64,000 bases of DNA. It comes from Chiloscyllium plagiosum (taxonomy: Eukaryota). Positions 12,913-23,217 of the stretch are shown here, piece after piece. Within the stretch, counting starts at the first letter, position 1; each line of letters begins with the position of its first letter. The position numbers were made by a program, and so were the translations under genes. The DNA lies in contig NC_057759.1 of assembly GCF_004010195.1 (NCBI RefSeq), forward strand, positions 6,165,477 through 6,229,476. Direction: 5' to 3'. The notes under the pieces are model-generated. The model was not told the origin of the DNA. It saw only the letters and a program-made list of their open reading frames with translations, and did not search any database.

Positions 12913-13859
12913 ATACCTCACATCATTGTATACATTGGAACCAATGGCAGAGGAAGGAAGGAAAAAGGACGAGATTCTGAAGGGAAAATATAGGAAGTTA
13001 GGCAGGAATTTAAAAAGGTGGACCTTGAAGGTAGTCATACTTGGATGACTCCTAGTGCTGTGAGCTAATGAGTATAGGAATAGGAGGATAGAGCAGATGA
13101 AAGTGTGGCTGAGGAACTGGTGCATGGGAGAAGGGTTGACATTTTTGGATCTTTGGAAATCTTCTGGGGTAGAAGTGACTTGTACAGGAAGGATGGATTG
13201 CACCCGAGTTGAAAGGGGACCAATATTCTGGCAGGGAGATTTGCTCGAGCTGCTCAGGAGGGTTTTAACTAATAATGTGGGAAATAGTGAAGACAGAAAT
13301 CAATCTGAGACTGATACAGTTGGGAAAGGGAACAAGTCAAACAGCCAGGGCAGAAAGGAACAAAGCTGAGAACAAGGTCGGACTGATAAATTAAACTGCA
13401 TTTCCTTCAATGCAAGAGGCCTAACAAGGAAAGCAATGTCTTCGGGTCATGGTTAGAGACTTTGTACTGGGATATCATAGCAATTACAGAAATGTAGCTC
13501 AGAGATGGACAGGACTGGCATCTTATCCTCCAGGAGATAAATGCTATAGCAAGGATAGAAAAGGGGGCAAGAGAGGATTGGGAGTGATGTTTTTGATAAG
13601 GGATGGTTTTACTGCTGCACTTCGGTAGGATATTCCTAGAAATACAACCAGGGAAGTTATTTGGGTGGAACTAAGAAATAAAAAAGGGATGATCACCTTG
13701 TTGGGATTGTATTATAGACCACCAAATAGTCAGCCGGAAATTGAAAAATAAATTTGTAAGGAACTTTCAGTTATTTGTAAGAATAATAGGGTGGTTATGG
13801 TAGGGAATTGTAACTTTCCAAACATAGTCTGGGACTGCCGTAGTTTAAGGGTTTGAATA

Positions 13860-14030
13860 CGTAGATGCTGGAGATTAGAGTAGAGAGCGTGGTGCTGGAA
13901 AAGCATAGCATGTCAGGCAGCATCTGAGGAGCAGGAAAAATTGATGAAGGGCTTTTGCTGGAAACGTTGATTTTCCTGCTTCTCGGATGCTGCCTGACCT
14001 GCCATGCTTTTCCAGCACCAAACTCTCAGA
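13860..14030. mobile_element. Inverted pair of Penelope pseudo-LTR fragments
   Basis: GTGGTGCTGGAAAAGCA...CAGGAAAA is followed by its reverse complement, with a degenerate hammerhead core in the centre. Confidence 0.75.
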
Positions 14031-15229
14031 TCTAAAAGTGGAAGTTCTAAATTGGAGCAAGGCTAATTTTGACGGTATTAGGCTGGAACTTTCAAAAGTT
14101 CATTGATAACAGGTGTTCGCAGGTCAAGCAATGGCAGGAAAATGTGAAGCCTTCTAAAATTAGATAACGAGAGTCCAGAGATAGTACATTTCTGTTCAGG
14201 TGAAAGTAAAGGCTGGTAGGTAAAAGGAATGCTGGGTGACTAGAAAAATTGAGGTTTTAGTTAAAAAAAAGACAGAAGCATATGACAGGGGTAGACAGAA
14301 GAGATCAAGTGAATCCCTCAAGTATAAAGTTAGTAGGAGTATATACTTAAGAGGGAAATCAGGAAGGCAAAAAGGGGTCAGGACGTAACTTTGGTAAATA
14401 GGGCTAAGGAGTATCTGAAGGGTTTTTATAAATACATTAAGAACAAAAGGGTAACGAGGGAGAGAATAGGGCCCCTCAAAGAATAGCAAGGCAGCCTATG
14501 TATGGAACTGCAGGAGATGGGGGAGATACTAAGCAAATATTTTGCATCCGTGCTTACTTTGGAGAAGGGCATGGAATTTCTAAAATGTGGGGAAATAGAT
14601 GGTGACATTTGAAAACTGTCCATATTAGAGAGGTGGTGGTGCTAGATGTCTTCAAACGCACAGAAGTAGATAAATCATCAGGTGTACCTTAGAACTCTGT
14701 GGGAAGCAAGGGAAGTGATTGCTGGGCCCCTTGCTGAGATATTTCCATCACTGATAGGCACAGGTGAGGTGTTGGAAGACTGGAAGTTAGCTACCGCGGT
14801 GCCACTGTTTAAGAAATGTGGTAAGGAAAAGAACAGGAACTATAGATCGGTAAGCCTGATGATGGGTAAGTTGGAGAGAATCCCAAGGGACAGGATTTGC
14901 ATGTATTTGGAAAGGCAATGACTGATTCCAGATAGTAATCATAGCTTTATGCTTTGGAAATCATTCTCATGAATTTGATTGTTCTTTGAAGTATTAAAAA
15001 GGACGTTTGATAAGGGAAGAGTAGTGGACGTGATCTATATGGACTTCAGTGAGGGGTTCGATAAGGTTCCTCATGGGAGACTGGCTAGCAAGGTTAGCAA
15101 CTTGCGGATCATTTCAGAGAATATCTCTGGGATGCCTGCACCCAGCAACCCCATTGTCATGTGGCTGAACACTTTAACTCCCCTCAAGGACATGTAGGTC
15201 CTGGGCCTCCTCCATCACTGAACCTTAAC

Positions 15230-16460
15230 TGAGAAAGTCTGTAGCCTTCAAACTTGTCTTTAAACATTTAGACTAAAATGTAATGTTGAATTATAGAATA
15301 CATTTACATGATTTTGACCCTGAAACGAAACTCGGTACTATCAGATGCTGCCAATTTTATAATGGATTCTTATTACCCCTTGCAAGCGGGGCAGAGACAG
15401 AGAACAAAAATCTTTGCTGACTTGAGAGTTCAAAAAGACACTAGGGGGAAGAGACCATTTTAGTGCTGAGGCTATTGGAGCCGGTAGAAAATTAACTTAG
15501 TGCTTATTTGCTATGCACTGAATTTAACTGAATTTTGGGACTTTATTATGATATTGAGTAGCCATTACCAGGTAATAATAATGACGCTTTCACTTACTTG
15601 CTGTTCTTGCAGACCACTCTACAGACCGCCCCAACTGTCAATTCTAACTAGTCAGATCTTATGTCTTTTTTGGATTTGAATCACAAACTTGAAAAGAAGG
15701 CATGTTTAATTTGAGACTAATTAATCATTTTAAATACAAGCGTGCAGTAACATTTCAGCCTCAGGTACAGAATGATTCTGTGCTTAAGATAAAAAGCAGG
15801 AATCTGCTCCCAGCTTAAAATTATTCTAAACCCAACATTGAAGAGATTATGACACAATCTGTCGGGAAGCCATTTTATAGTCAAACGTTTGTCCTCCTTG
15901 CTAAGAAGCCATTTTGTTAAACAATGATATCAGACACGCGAGCTTTGCAAGGTTACCTTATGACATCTCTCACTAAATTTAGATTGGTACTTCTTTATAG
16001 GAACTTATCTCGTGAGCAGATGCTTAACTCAGCTAGGTCTGTTTTTCCTACCTGATGGATAGTTCAAGGCCTGTAGGAGTGATCAGTCAAGCGCACACAG
16101 ATCAGTCAGTTAACTTTCCTTCTTTATGAATTATTGTCTTTCACTGTTATCTGTCTAATTAAGAACATGCAATGTTTTTGTAAACTTTTGTATCAAGTAC
16201 ATCAGAGTAGCCAGCTAGTACTCTACTCTCCTAGTTAGAACCTAGTTCGTTTAGTTTATAGCTATCAGTGTTATGTTGTAACAGTGTTGCTATTAGTGAA
16301 TAAAGGGGCTGAGTAAAATTAAACTAAACTGTCTGTAAGAGGTTTTTATTCCAGACTTCCAAAGAGTACAATCTCCAGGACGAACCAAGACAGAGGCTCT
16401 TCCCTACTCAGGCTCTACAGGTCTGAGTCCACAAGGCTGTCTCAAATCTGTACTTTAACA
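15230..16460 (+). repeat. ERV 5' LTR (1231 bp)
   Basis: TGAGAAAGTC...TTTAACA with AATAAA at 16299; homologous to 21658-23186. Confidence 0.92.
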
Positions 16461-16463
16461 ATT

Positions 16464-16481
16464 TGACGCTGTGAGCAGGGT
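16464..16481 (+). promoter_or_regulatory. Primer-binding site, tRNA-Ser(CGA)-like
   Basis: TGACGCTGTGAGCAGGGT lies 3 nt after the LTR and nearly matches the complement of the vertebrate tRNA-Ser(CGA) 3' end (TGGCGCTGTGAGCAGG.T). Confidence 0.75.
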
Positions 16482-16794
16482 TCCAACAAGGGCTAGGTTT
16501 GAGTGAAACTGGAAAAGAGGAGCTTCATCTAAGGGTTAGACCTGAGACTAATGGGCCCACAAGGTAAGATTATACCTTGATTGCTCTTGTTCTGTATAGT
16601 CATGTGTGACTTCTCCCATTTCACTCTCACAGTACCCTGATGGAACCCTAAATGAGATGTTTAAATAGGAACTAAAAACAGAAACTGTCAAGTTTTTACA
16701 ATGTCAAGAATGCTTTACGAAATAATTAGTCTTATTGTTCATTGTCGGGTTGTTATATTCTAAAATATTTGTGTGTGTGTGTGCATGCGAGAGA

Positions 16795-17100
16795 GAGATT
16801 AGATTACTTGCAGTGTGGAAACAGGCCCTTCGGCCCAACAAGTCCACACCGAACCGCCAAAGCACAACCCACCCAGACCCATTCCCCTACGTTTACCCCT
16901 TCAGCTAACAGTACAGGAAATTTAGCATGGCCAATTCACCTAACCTGTACATTTTTGGAGTGTGGGATGAAACCGGAGCACCCAGAGGAAACCCACGCAG
17001 ACACTGGGAGAATGTGCAATCTCCACACAGACAGTTGCCTAGGCGAGAATTGAACCCGGATCTCTGGTGCTGTGAGGCAGCAGTGCTCACCCCTGTGCCA
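16795..17100 (-). mobile_element. HE1 SINE inserted in the ERV leader
   Basis: Reverse complement has a tRNA-like head (GGTTCAATTC) and a TAATC-repeat tail; inserted in a (GA)n/(GT)n tract. Confidence 0.85.
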
Positions 17101-17300
17101 GAGAGAGAGTGTGAGAGAGAAAAAGCGAGACAGGCACACAGAAGCTTGCAGTAAGTTTAACCCTTTGAGATTCAGTTTGGATGCACATTTATTTGTTGGT
17201 GAGTGAATGTTTGTGTTTTGTGTCTGTGCTCTGTCGTGATTGGGGTTGGTGCCCCTGTACATCAGTAGTTTTGTGAAGATTTAAAGTAGGTAGGATAAAT

Positions 17301-18050
17301 ATGGGTGTAACCCCAGATAAGATGAAAGACAAACATCCCCTAACGGAAATAATAGGTTTGTATCCTAATTATGAGAAACAATTAAAGGAAATATCAGCTG
17401 CAGCTGCTCAACTAAATAAAGGATTGGTCTCTAGGAGGCACACATGATTAACTCTACTCATTAAAATTGAACAAGGGATTTGGGAAAAAAAGGAAGTAAG
17501 CAGAAAGAAGCCATATCAGTGTGGAAAAAGGTAGTTAGGGAAAAATGGGAAAAATCAATGCAATCATCATGGAGGCAAAAGTGTATTAAACAGGGAGTTA
17601 GTCCATTAACTAAGGAAGGTTCTGAATTAGATTGGATAGAACTAAAACACAAATTTGAAGCATATGATTTAGAAGCAGATTTGGAATTGGCTAGAAAAGA
17701 AAAGGAAAGCAAAGATTTAGAACCGAAGCTGAAATGTTAGGAGCCCCAATGAAAAGGAAATAAGAATAAGAACAGGCTGCAGCTACACGGGACCGGACGA
17801 ATGACAAAGATTGTTCCTTATACCCCATCCTCTCCTCTCCCAAAGGTCAATAAAGAATGGATGAGGAATGGGATTCTGATTTGGAGAAGGAAATATTTTA
17901 TGTCTCTCCTCCTGTCAGCTGACCTCCTCAAGACTCACCCACAGTACGGTCAAGGGGAACACGCTTCATAAAACAAAGTTGCCTGAACCCCCCTCCCCAC
18001 TCTGAGGGCCAATCTGCTGAGACCCATGCCCTTCCCCCAACGAATCATTT
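17301..18050 (+). pseudogene. gag: ERV gag 5' remnant (matrix-like plus Pro-rich region)
   Basis: ATG-GGT (Met-Gly) start at 17301, Lys/Trp-rich helical segment (ORF 17480-17740), LYPIL late-domain-like motif near 17820. Frameshifted; CA and NC not recognisable. Confidence 0.65.
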
Positions 18051-18459
18051 GTCACCGTGTGTTAGGAGTGTTACAATTGCACAGATGAGTGAACTTAAGG
18101 CCACTGATATTGATCAATCTAACTGCTGCTTTTAAAATCAGTTTGTACTCTTTAACCAGACGGTCAAAGAAAATGATGCACTGCTGAAAGAACCAAACAT
18201 TGCTAGTTTTTCCCAAAAAAAGGTATTTCAGTTCAACTTTAAAACAACCAGAAGTGCAAGTCAAATTCAAGCTAATAAAATTTAAAATTCCACTTGGAAA
18301 GATGAAGCCACTGTACAGGTTGACAATTACAACTCTGTCCCCTAATTAGTATTTATAGACAGCCTGTGGCATTCTACTGGCACCACATTTAATTCATTCA
18401 AGATGAAAGTACACGTGGCTTCTACATGATTATTTTAAAACTGCACCCAGATTCTCCCA

Positions 18460-20392
18460 GCCATCTATACTGTGGGATTGGCTGCCTCAAATATAACTTT
18501 ACATCAAAAATGTAGAAGTCTGTACCTGCCATTCTGCAATATCCTCACTTACCTCTAAACGTACTGCACTCAGAATCTGCTTCTCTCCTTAAATACTGCT
18601 CTCACATTAACCCCATTACAGTCCTACAGGAAGAACGTCTTGAACTACATGATCCTCCCCATGATTGTGTTCTCATAAATTAACTTGTTAGTAAACCACG
18701 TCCTGATCTTACCGATCAGGCTCTAGTTAACCCAGACCTTATACTTTATGTCGATGGTTCTTCTTCTCTCTCTCCAGAGGGCAAACGTATGTCAGGATAT
18801 GCGATTGTCACTTTTTCCCAGACACTAGAAGCTTAGTCTGTCGACCCACCCTGTTCCATCCAGCAAACTGAACTCCTTACTCTCACCTGTGCCTGTATAC
18901 TTGCTAAAAGAAAGTCAGCTAATATCTATGCTGATTCCTATTATGCCTTTAGATGCGCCCATAATTTTGTTCAACGTTGGCAGCAGCGCGGCTTCCTTAG
19001 CTCATCAGGAATCCCAACCCTCAATGCTGCCTGTGATGCTAATCTCCTCATTGCTATTCAATTTCCCCCTCAATTGGCAATTATCAAACATTCTGCTCAC
19101 TCCTCTGATGCTTCCAATGTCACTAAAGGCAACAACGCTGCTGATGCAGCTGCTAAGAAAGCAGCTCTTGAGCAAAAAGACATGGTCATTCAAATGACGA
19201 GTTGGAAACCAAAGAGAGACTCTCCTATTTCCTCTTCTGACACCCTGACCATGCCTGACCGAGAGCCATCAGGGGGACGCCTCTGATGAGGAGAGACAAA
19301 GATACGTGAACCATGGTTGTTATGTAAGTAGTTATAATAAGCTTTGGGTTACGCCGGTAAGACAGACACATCTGCCTGACTTGCTTTTGCCTATTCTAGT
19401 TGATTGTGTTCATACGTATATGCATGTTGGTATGGAGGGAAAGGTGGACAGAATTCTCCAAACTTGGTGGAATTCCCACCTGCGAGAAAAAGCAAAACAA
19501 GCAGCTGCAAATTGCCTAATTCGTCAAAGGTATAATCCTGGGAAAGGAATAAAGTGTCCACCAGGTGAAACTCACTTGCAAGTGCACCTTTTGATACTAT
19601 CCAGTTAGATTTTATAGTTACCTAGAAGACACGGTTATAAGTATAGCTTAGTGATAATCGATGTATTCAGTAATGAATTAAAGCTTATCCCTGTACTGAC
19701 TGCACAGCAACAACTCCTTGTAAAATTCTGTTAAGGGAAATCATACCCAGATTTGGAATACCAGTAACGGTCTCTTCTGATAATGGCCCCCACTTCTGTG
19801 TGGAGCTAAACAAGGAAGAGCTTGAATATGAATCAAAAATTCCACTGTGCCAACCATCCCCAAGCAGCGGGAATTGTAGAAAGAGCCAATGATACCCTAA
19901 AAGGTCAGCTAAGCAAATTGGTAGAAGAAGCAGGCCTTAATTGGCTGCAAGTACTTCCAATTGCCCTTTTTAATATAGACCCATGACACAGAAAAAGACA
20001 TGATTCTCAGTGGCTGAACTAATATATGGAAAGCCCCTGAAGACTCCCTGGTCTGCACCATTAACTTCCCAACACATTGTTGATGTGCGTTTCATGGCAG
20101 AAGAGCTGCACAGGTACCTTATTAAGCTAACCAAAGCACTGCAGTCTTGTTATCAACAGGTCAAATAAGCTTATTGGATATTAGGGAAGGAAGAAGAAAG
20201 AGCTCCAATGTTTAAAGACATTAACCCTGGTGACTACATACTATTGAAATACTTTAATTGTGGAAAATTGGGACCCCATGGAAAAGTCCTTATCAAGTTC
20301 TTCTGACAACTGAAACTGCAGTAAAGGTAGAAAGATGCTCAACATGGGTCTACAAAGGACATTGCAAGCTTGTAGCCCCCTCACAGTTCTAA
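18460..20392 (+). pseudogene. pol: ERV pol remnant: tether, RNase H and integrase (protease and RT core deleted)
   Basis: 'PRPDLTDQALVNPDLILYVDGSS', 'NIYADSYYAF', 'GNNAADAAAKKAA', HHCC-like 'HTYMH...C', 'IIPRFGIPVTVSSDNGPHF', 'HPQAAGIVERANDTLK', 'PYQVLLTTETAVKV'. Confidence 0.92.
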
Positions 20393-21598
20393 TGTTAGTG
20401 CTGATACAGGCATCTGATGAAAGCCCAACCCAAGTACATGTGCACAAATGTAACCAACCCTTCTGTGATAACTTAGACCAGCTAAAACTCCAATGTGACT
20501 GTATGCATGATACTTGTACTAATACCATTGGAAGTTATGAATGCAGCTGCCCAGCTGAAACTCATTTAAACTACTCGCATTGTGTATCCAAACATCACTC
20601 TCGACCTTATTGTCATCCTTGCAACACTTCTAAGCCAGTCATCGTGAGATAGCCCAATTCCATAACCTTGTCCATTCCGTCAACTGAAAATTGCTACCTT
20701 GAGATGCTTGTCTGTTCCCTTTTCAAAATGAACCATGCAGATTGCAGTATTGAGCACATAGGGTTTGGTGATTTCTGTACTAAGGCACCTATTGCCATGA
20801 GACTGACCACTTATACCTTCTTGACGGAATCCTATCCTATCCAACCTACTGCCGCTGACAGAAATACCTTTACAAATTTCCTGTATTCAGTAGCTACGGT
20901 AATTAAAGACAAGCTGGAAAGATGAAGAAAGACCAAAAATACTATGCACTCCCAATCCTCCTCCTGTTACTAATGGTTTCTTTATTCAAGCTAAGCCCCC
21001 TGACCCATGTTATCTGCTCACTCTTCCATCATTCTAATGCCCTTACCACTTTTCATCCCCCCCCCACCGTGAGATGCCTGAAGTAGATGATGAATGGAAC
21101 ACCCACCAGCAGGTGAATCAGTATGAAACAACAAGTAGAGAAAAAAACAAAATGGGACTTACACAATGTCTTCCATCAACAAACCTGGTGGTCCAGGTTG
21201 CTGGGAGGCCTTATTCCTGGCTGGGGTATTGAGATGGCCCTAGATCAGATAAGTGACCTTGCGTAGGATATCAAAAAACCTGCCAACTCGACCGCCCATG
21301 CTTTGAAACTGGTGAACAAAGAGTTACAGGAGACTCAGATATGGATCCCATGTGGGACGTACTGATAATCCTTGGTCTCATCCTAGGAATATACATTGTC
21401 GTCCGCTTATGCATGAAATGGACCGTACATTGTTTTTCACCTGAGCCAAAGAGGAATCTGATTAATCGACCCATGTCTCCCCCTCTACCTATATGCCCGA
21501 ACTTCCATGCTGGAATCCAGTATTTTTCAGATTCTGCTCCTCCGTACGATCACTCGCCAGAGGAGACACTTGATTTATTAAGAATACAAATTGACTGA
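20344..21598 (+). pseudogene. env: ERV env remnant with N-terminal EGF-like module
   Basis: In order: signal-like MGLQRTLQACSPLTVLMLVLIQAS overlapping the pol end; CTNTIGSYECSC (20515-20550); in-frame TAG 20650; decayed basic cleavage site ~21141-21155; fusion-peptide-like WWSRLLGGLIPGWGIEMALDQI; heptad ANSTAHALKLVNKELQETQ; TM VLIILGLILGIYIVV and tail to 21598. Confidence 0.85.
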
Positions 21599-21645
21599 AT
21601 AGACTGAGTATACTTGTATAAGCCAAGTAGTTGTCATGAAATGAC

Positions 21646-21657
21646 AAAACAAGGGAA
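21646..21657 (+). promoter_or_regulatory. Polypurine tract
   Basis: AAAACAAGGGAA immediately before the TG of the 3' LTR. Confidence 0.7.
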
Positions 21658-23186
21658 TGAGAAAGTCTATAGCCTTAAAACCTGTCTTTAAACATTTAGA
21701 CTAAAATATAATGCTGGATTATAGAACACATTTACTGCACTAGAGAATAGACAGGCAGGAAGGCTCAGAAAAAGGGGGGAATCTCAGGGAATGTAGAAGA
21801 TAGGAACATCTGGGCTCACCAAATGATAACAGGATGCTGTAAGGCAATTAAGAACATTTGCCTTAGCTTCGGTGAATCTGTGTGAACAGGACATCAAGTG
21901 ATAACATTCACAGCCGTTCCCTTGTGAAATTAATGAGAGTGTTTGATTCCGACCCTGAAACGGAACTCAGTACTATCAAAAGATTTGTAATTAACAGCAG
22001 GATGCTGCCAATTATAATGGATTCTTATTAACCCTTGCAAGCGGGGCAGACAGAGAGAAACAAATCCTTGCTGACTTGAGAGTTCAAAAGGACATTAGAG
22101 GGAGAGACCATTTTAGTGGTGAGGCTATTGGAGCCTGTAGAAAATTAACACTTAGTGCTTATCTGCTATGGATTGAATTTAACTGCACTTTGGGTCTCTG
22201 TGATGCTATTGAGTAGCCATTACCAGTTATTAAATACAAACTCTGCAAGAGGTAATATGAATGAAGCTTTAACTAACTTGCTGTTCTTGCAGACCACTCC
22301 ACAGACTTTACAGACTACCCAGATTGTCAATTCGAACTAGTCAGATCTTATATCTTATTTGAATTTGAATCACAATCTTGCAAAGTGTGTTTAATTCGAG
22401 ACTAATTATTCATTTTAAATATAACCTTGCAGTAACATTTCAGCCTCAGGTACAGAATGATTCTGTGCTTAAGATAAAAAGCAGAAATCTGCTCCCAGCT
22501 TAAACTTATTCTAAACCTAACATTGAAGAGATTCTGACACAATCTGTCAGGAAGCCATTTTATGGTCAAAAATTTGCCGCCTTTGCTAAGAAGACATTTC
22601 GTAAAACAATGATATCAGACATGTGAGCTGTGCAAGGTTACCTTATGACATCTCCCACTTAATTTAGACTGGTACTTCGTTATAGGAACTTATCTCACGA
22701 GCAGATGCTTAACTCAGCTAGGTATGTTTTTCCTACCTGTAGGAAGATGCTTAACTCAGCTAGGTATGTTTTTCCTACCTGTAGGAGTGATCAGTCAAGC
22801 GCACACAGATCAGTGAGTTAACTTTTCTTCTTTCTGAATTATTGTCTTTCACTGTTATCTGTCTAATTAAGAACATGCAATGTTTTTGTAAACTTTTGTA
22901 TACTTTTGTCACACTTTGTGACAGTAGCCTGCTGGGGCACTTGAAGGGGACACTCTCCTGGGTTATTAGAACTCGTTAGTTTAGCTTATAGGTATCAGTG
23001 TTATGTTGTAACAGTGATGCTATTAGTGAATAAAGGAGTTGACTAAAATTAAACTAAACTGTCCGTAAGAGGTTTTTATTTGCAGACTTCCAAAGAGTAC
23101 GATCTCCGGGATGAACCAAGAGACTGTCTTTACAGGTCTGAGTCCACAAGGGATTCCCTGGGCTGTCTCAAATCTGTACAATAACA
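21658..23186 (+). repeat. ERV 3' LTR (1529 bp)
   Basis: TGAGAAAGTC...AATAACA, AATAAA at 23029, followed by the TSD TAAC. Confidence 0.92.
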
Positions 23187-23217
23187 TAACCACCTGAAGC
23201 CTGGAGGAAGAACACCT

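Larger units (their letters stand above)
10730..15097 (+). mobile_element. Long degenerate CR1 LINE (ORF1 esterase-like, APE endonuclease, RT N-half), 3'-truncated
   Basis: ORF1 'CYLPGARIKDV...IIVYIGTN'; ORF2 'FNARGL', 'YYRPPN', 'EDWKLA..VPLFKK', 'DVIYMDFSEGFDKVPH'. Many stops and nested insertions. Confidence 0.88.
15230..23186 (+). mobile_element. Defective endogenous retrovirus (gamma/epsilon class I-like provirus)
   Basis: TG...CA LTRs, 4-bp TSD TAAC (15226-15229 and 23187-23190), PBS, PPT, and gag / RNaseH-IN / env remnants in order. It is inserted in a Penelope GIY-YIG fragment (LGLLH..|..LEEE). Confidence 0.95.

Noticed and set aside
20494..20583. EGF motif as a host-gene exon rather than part of env
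   Set aside because: It lies inside the LTR-bounded provirus, in frame with the env leader and downstream SU, with no flanking splice signals evident.
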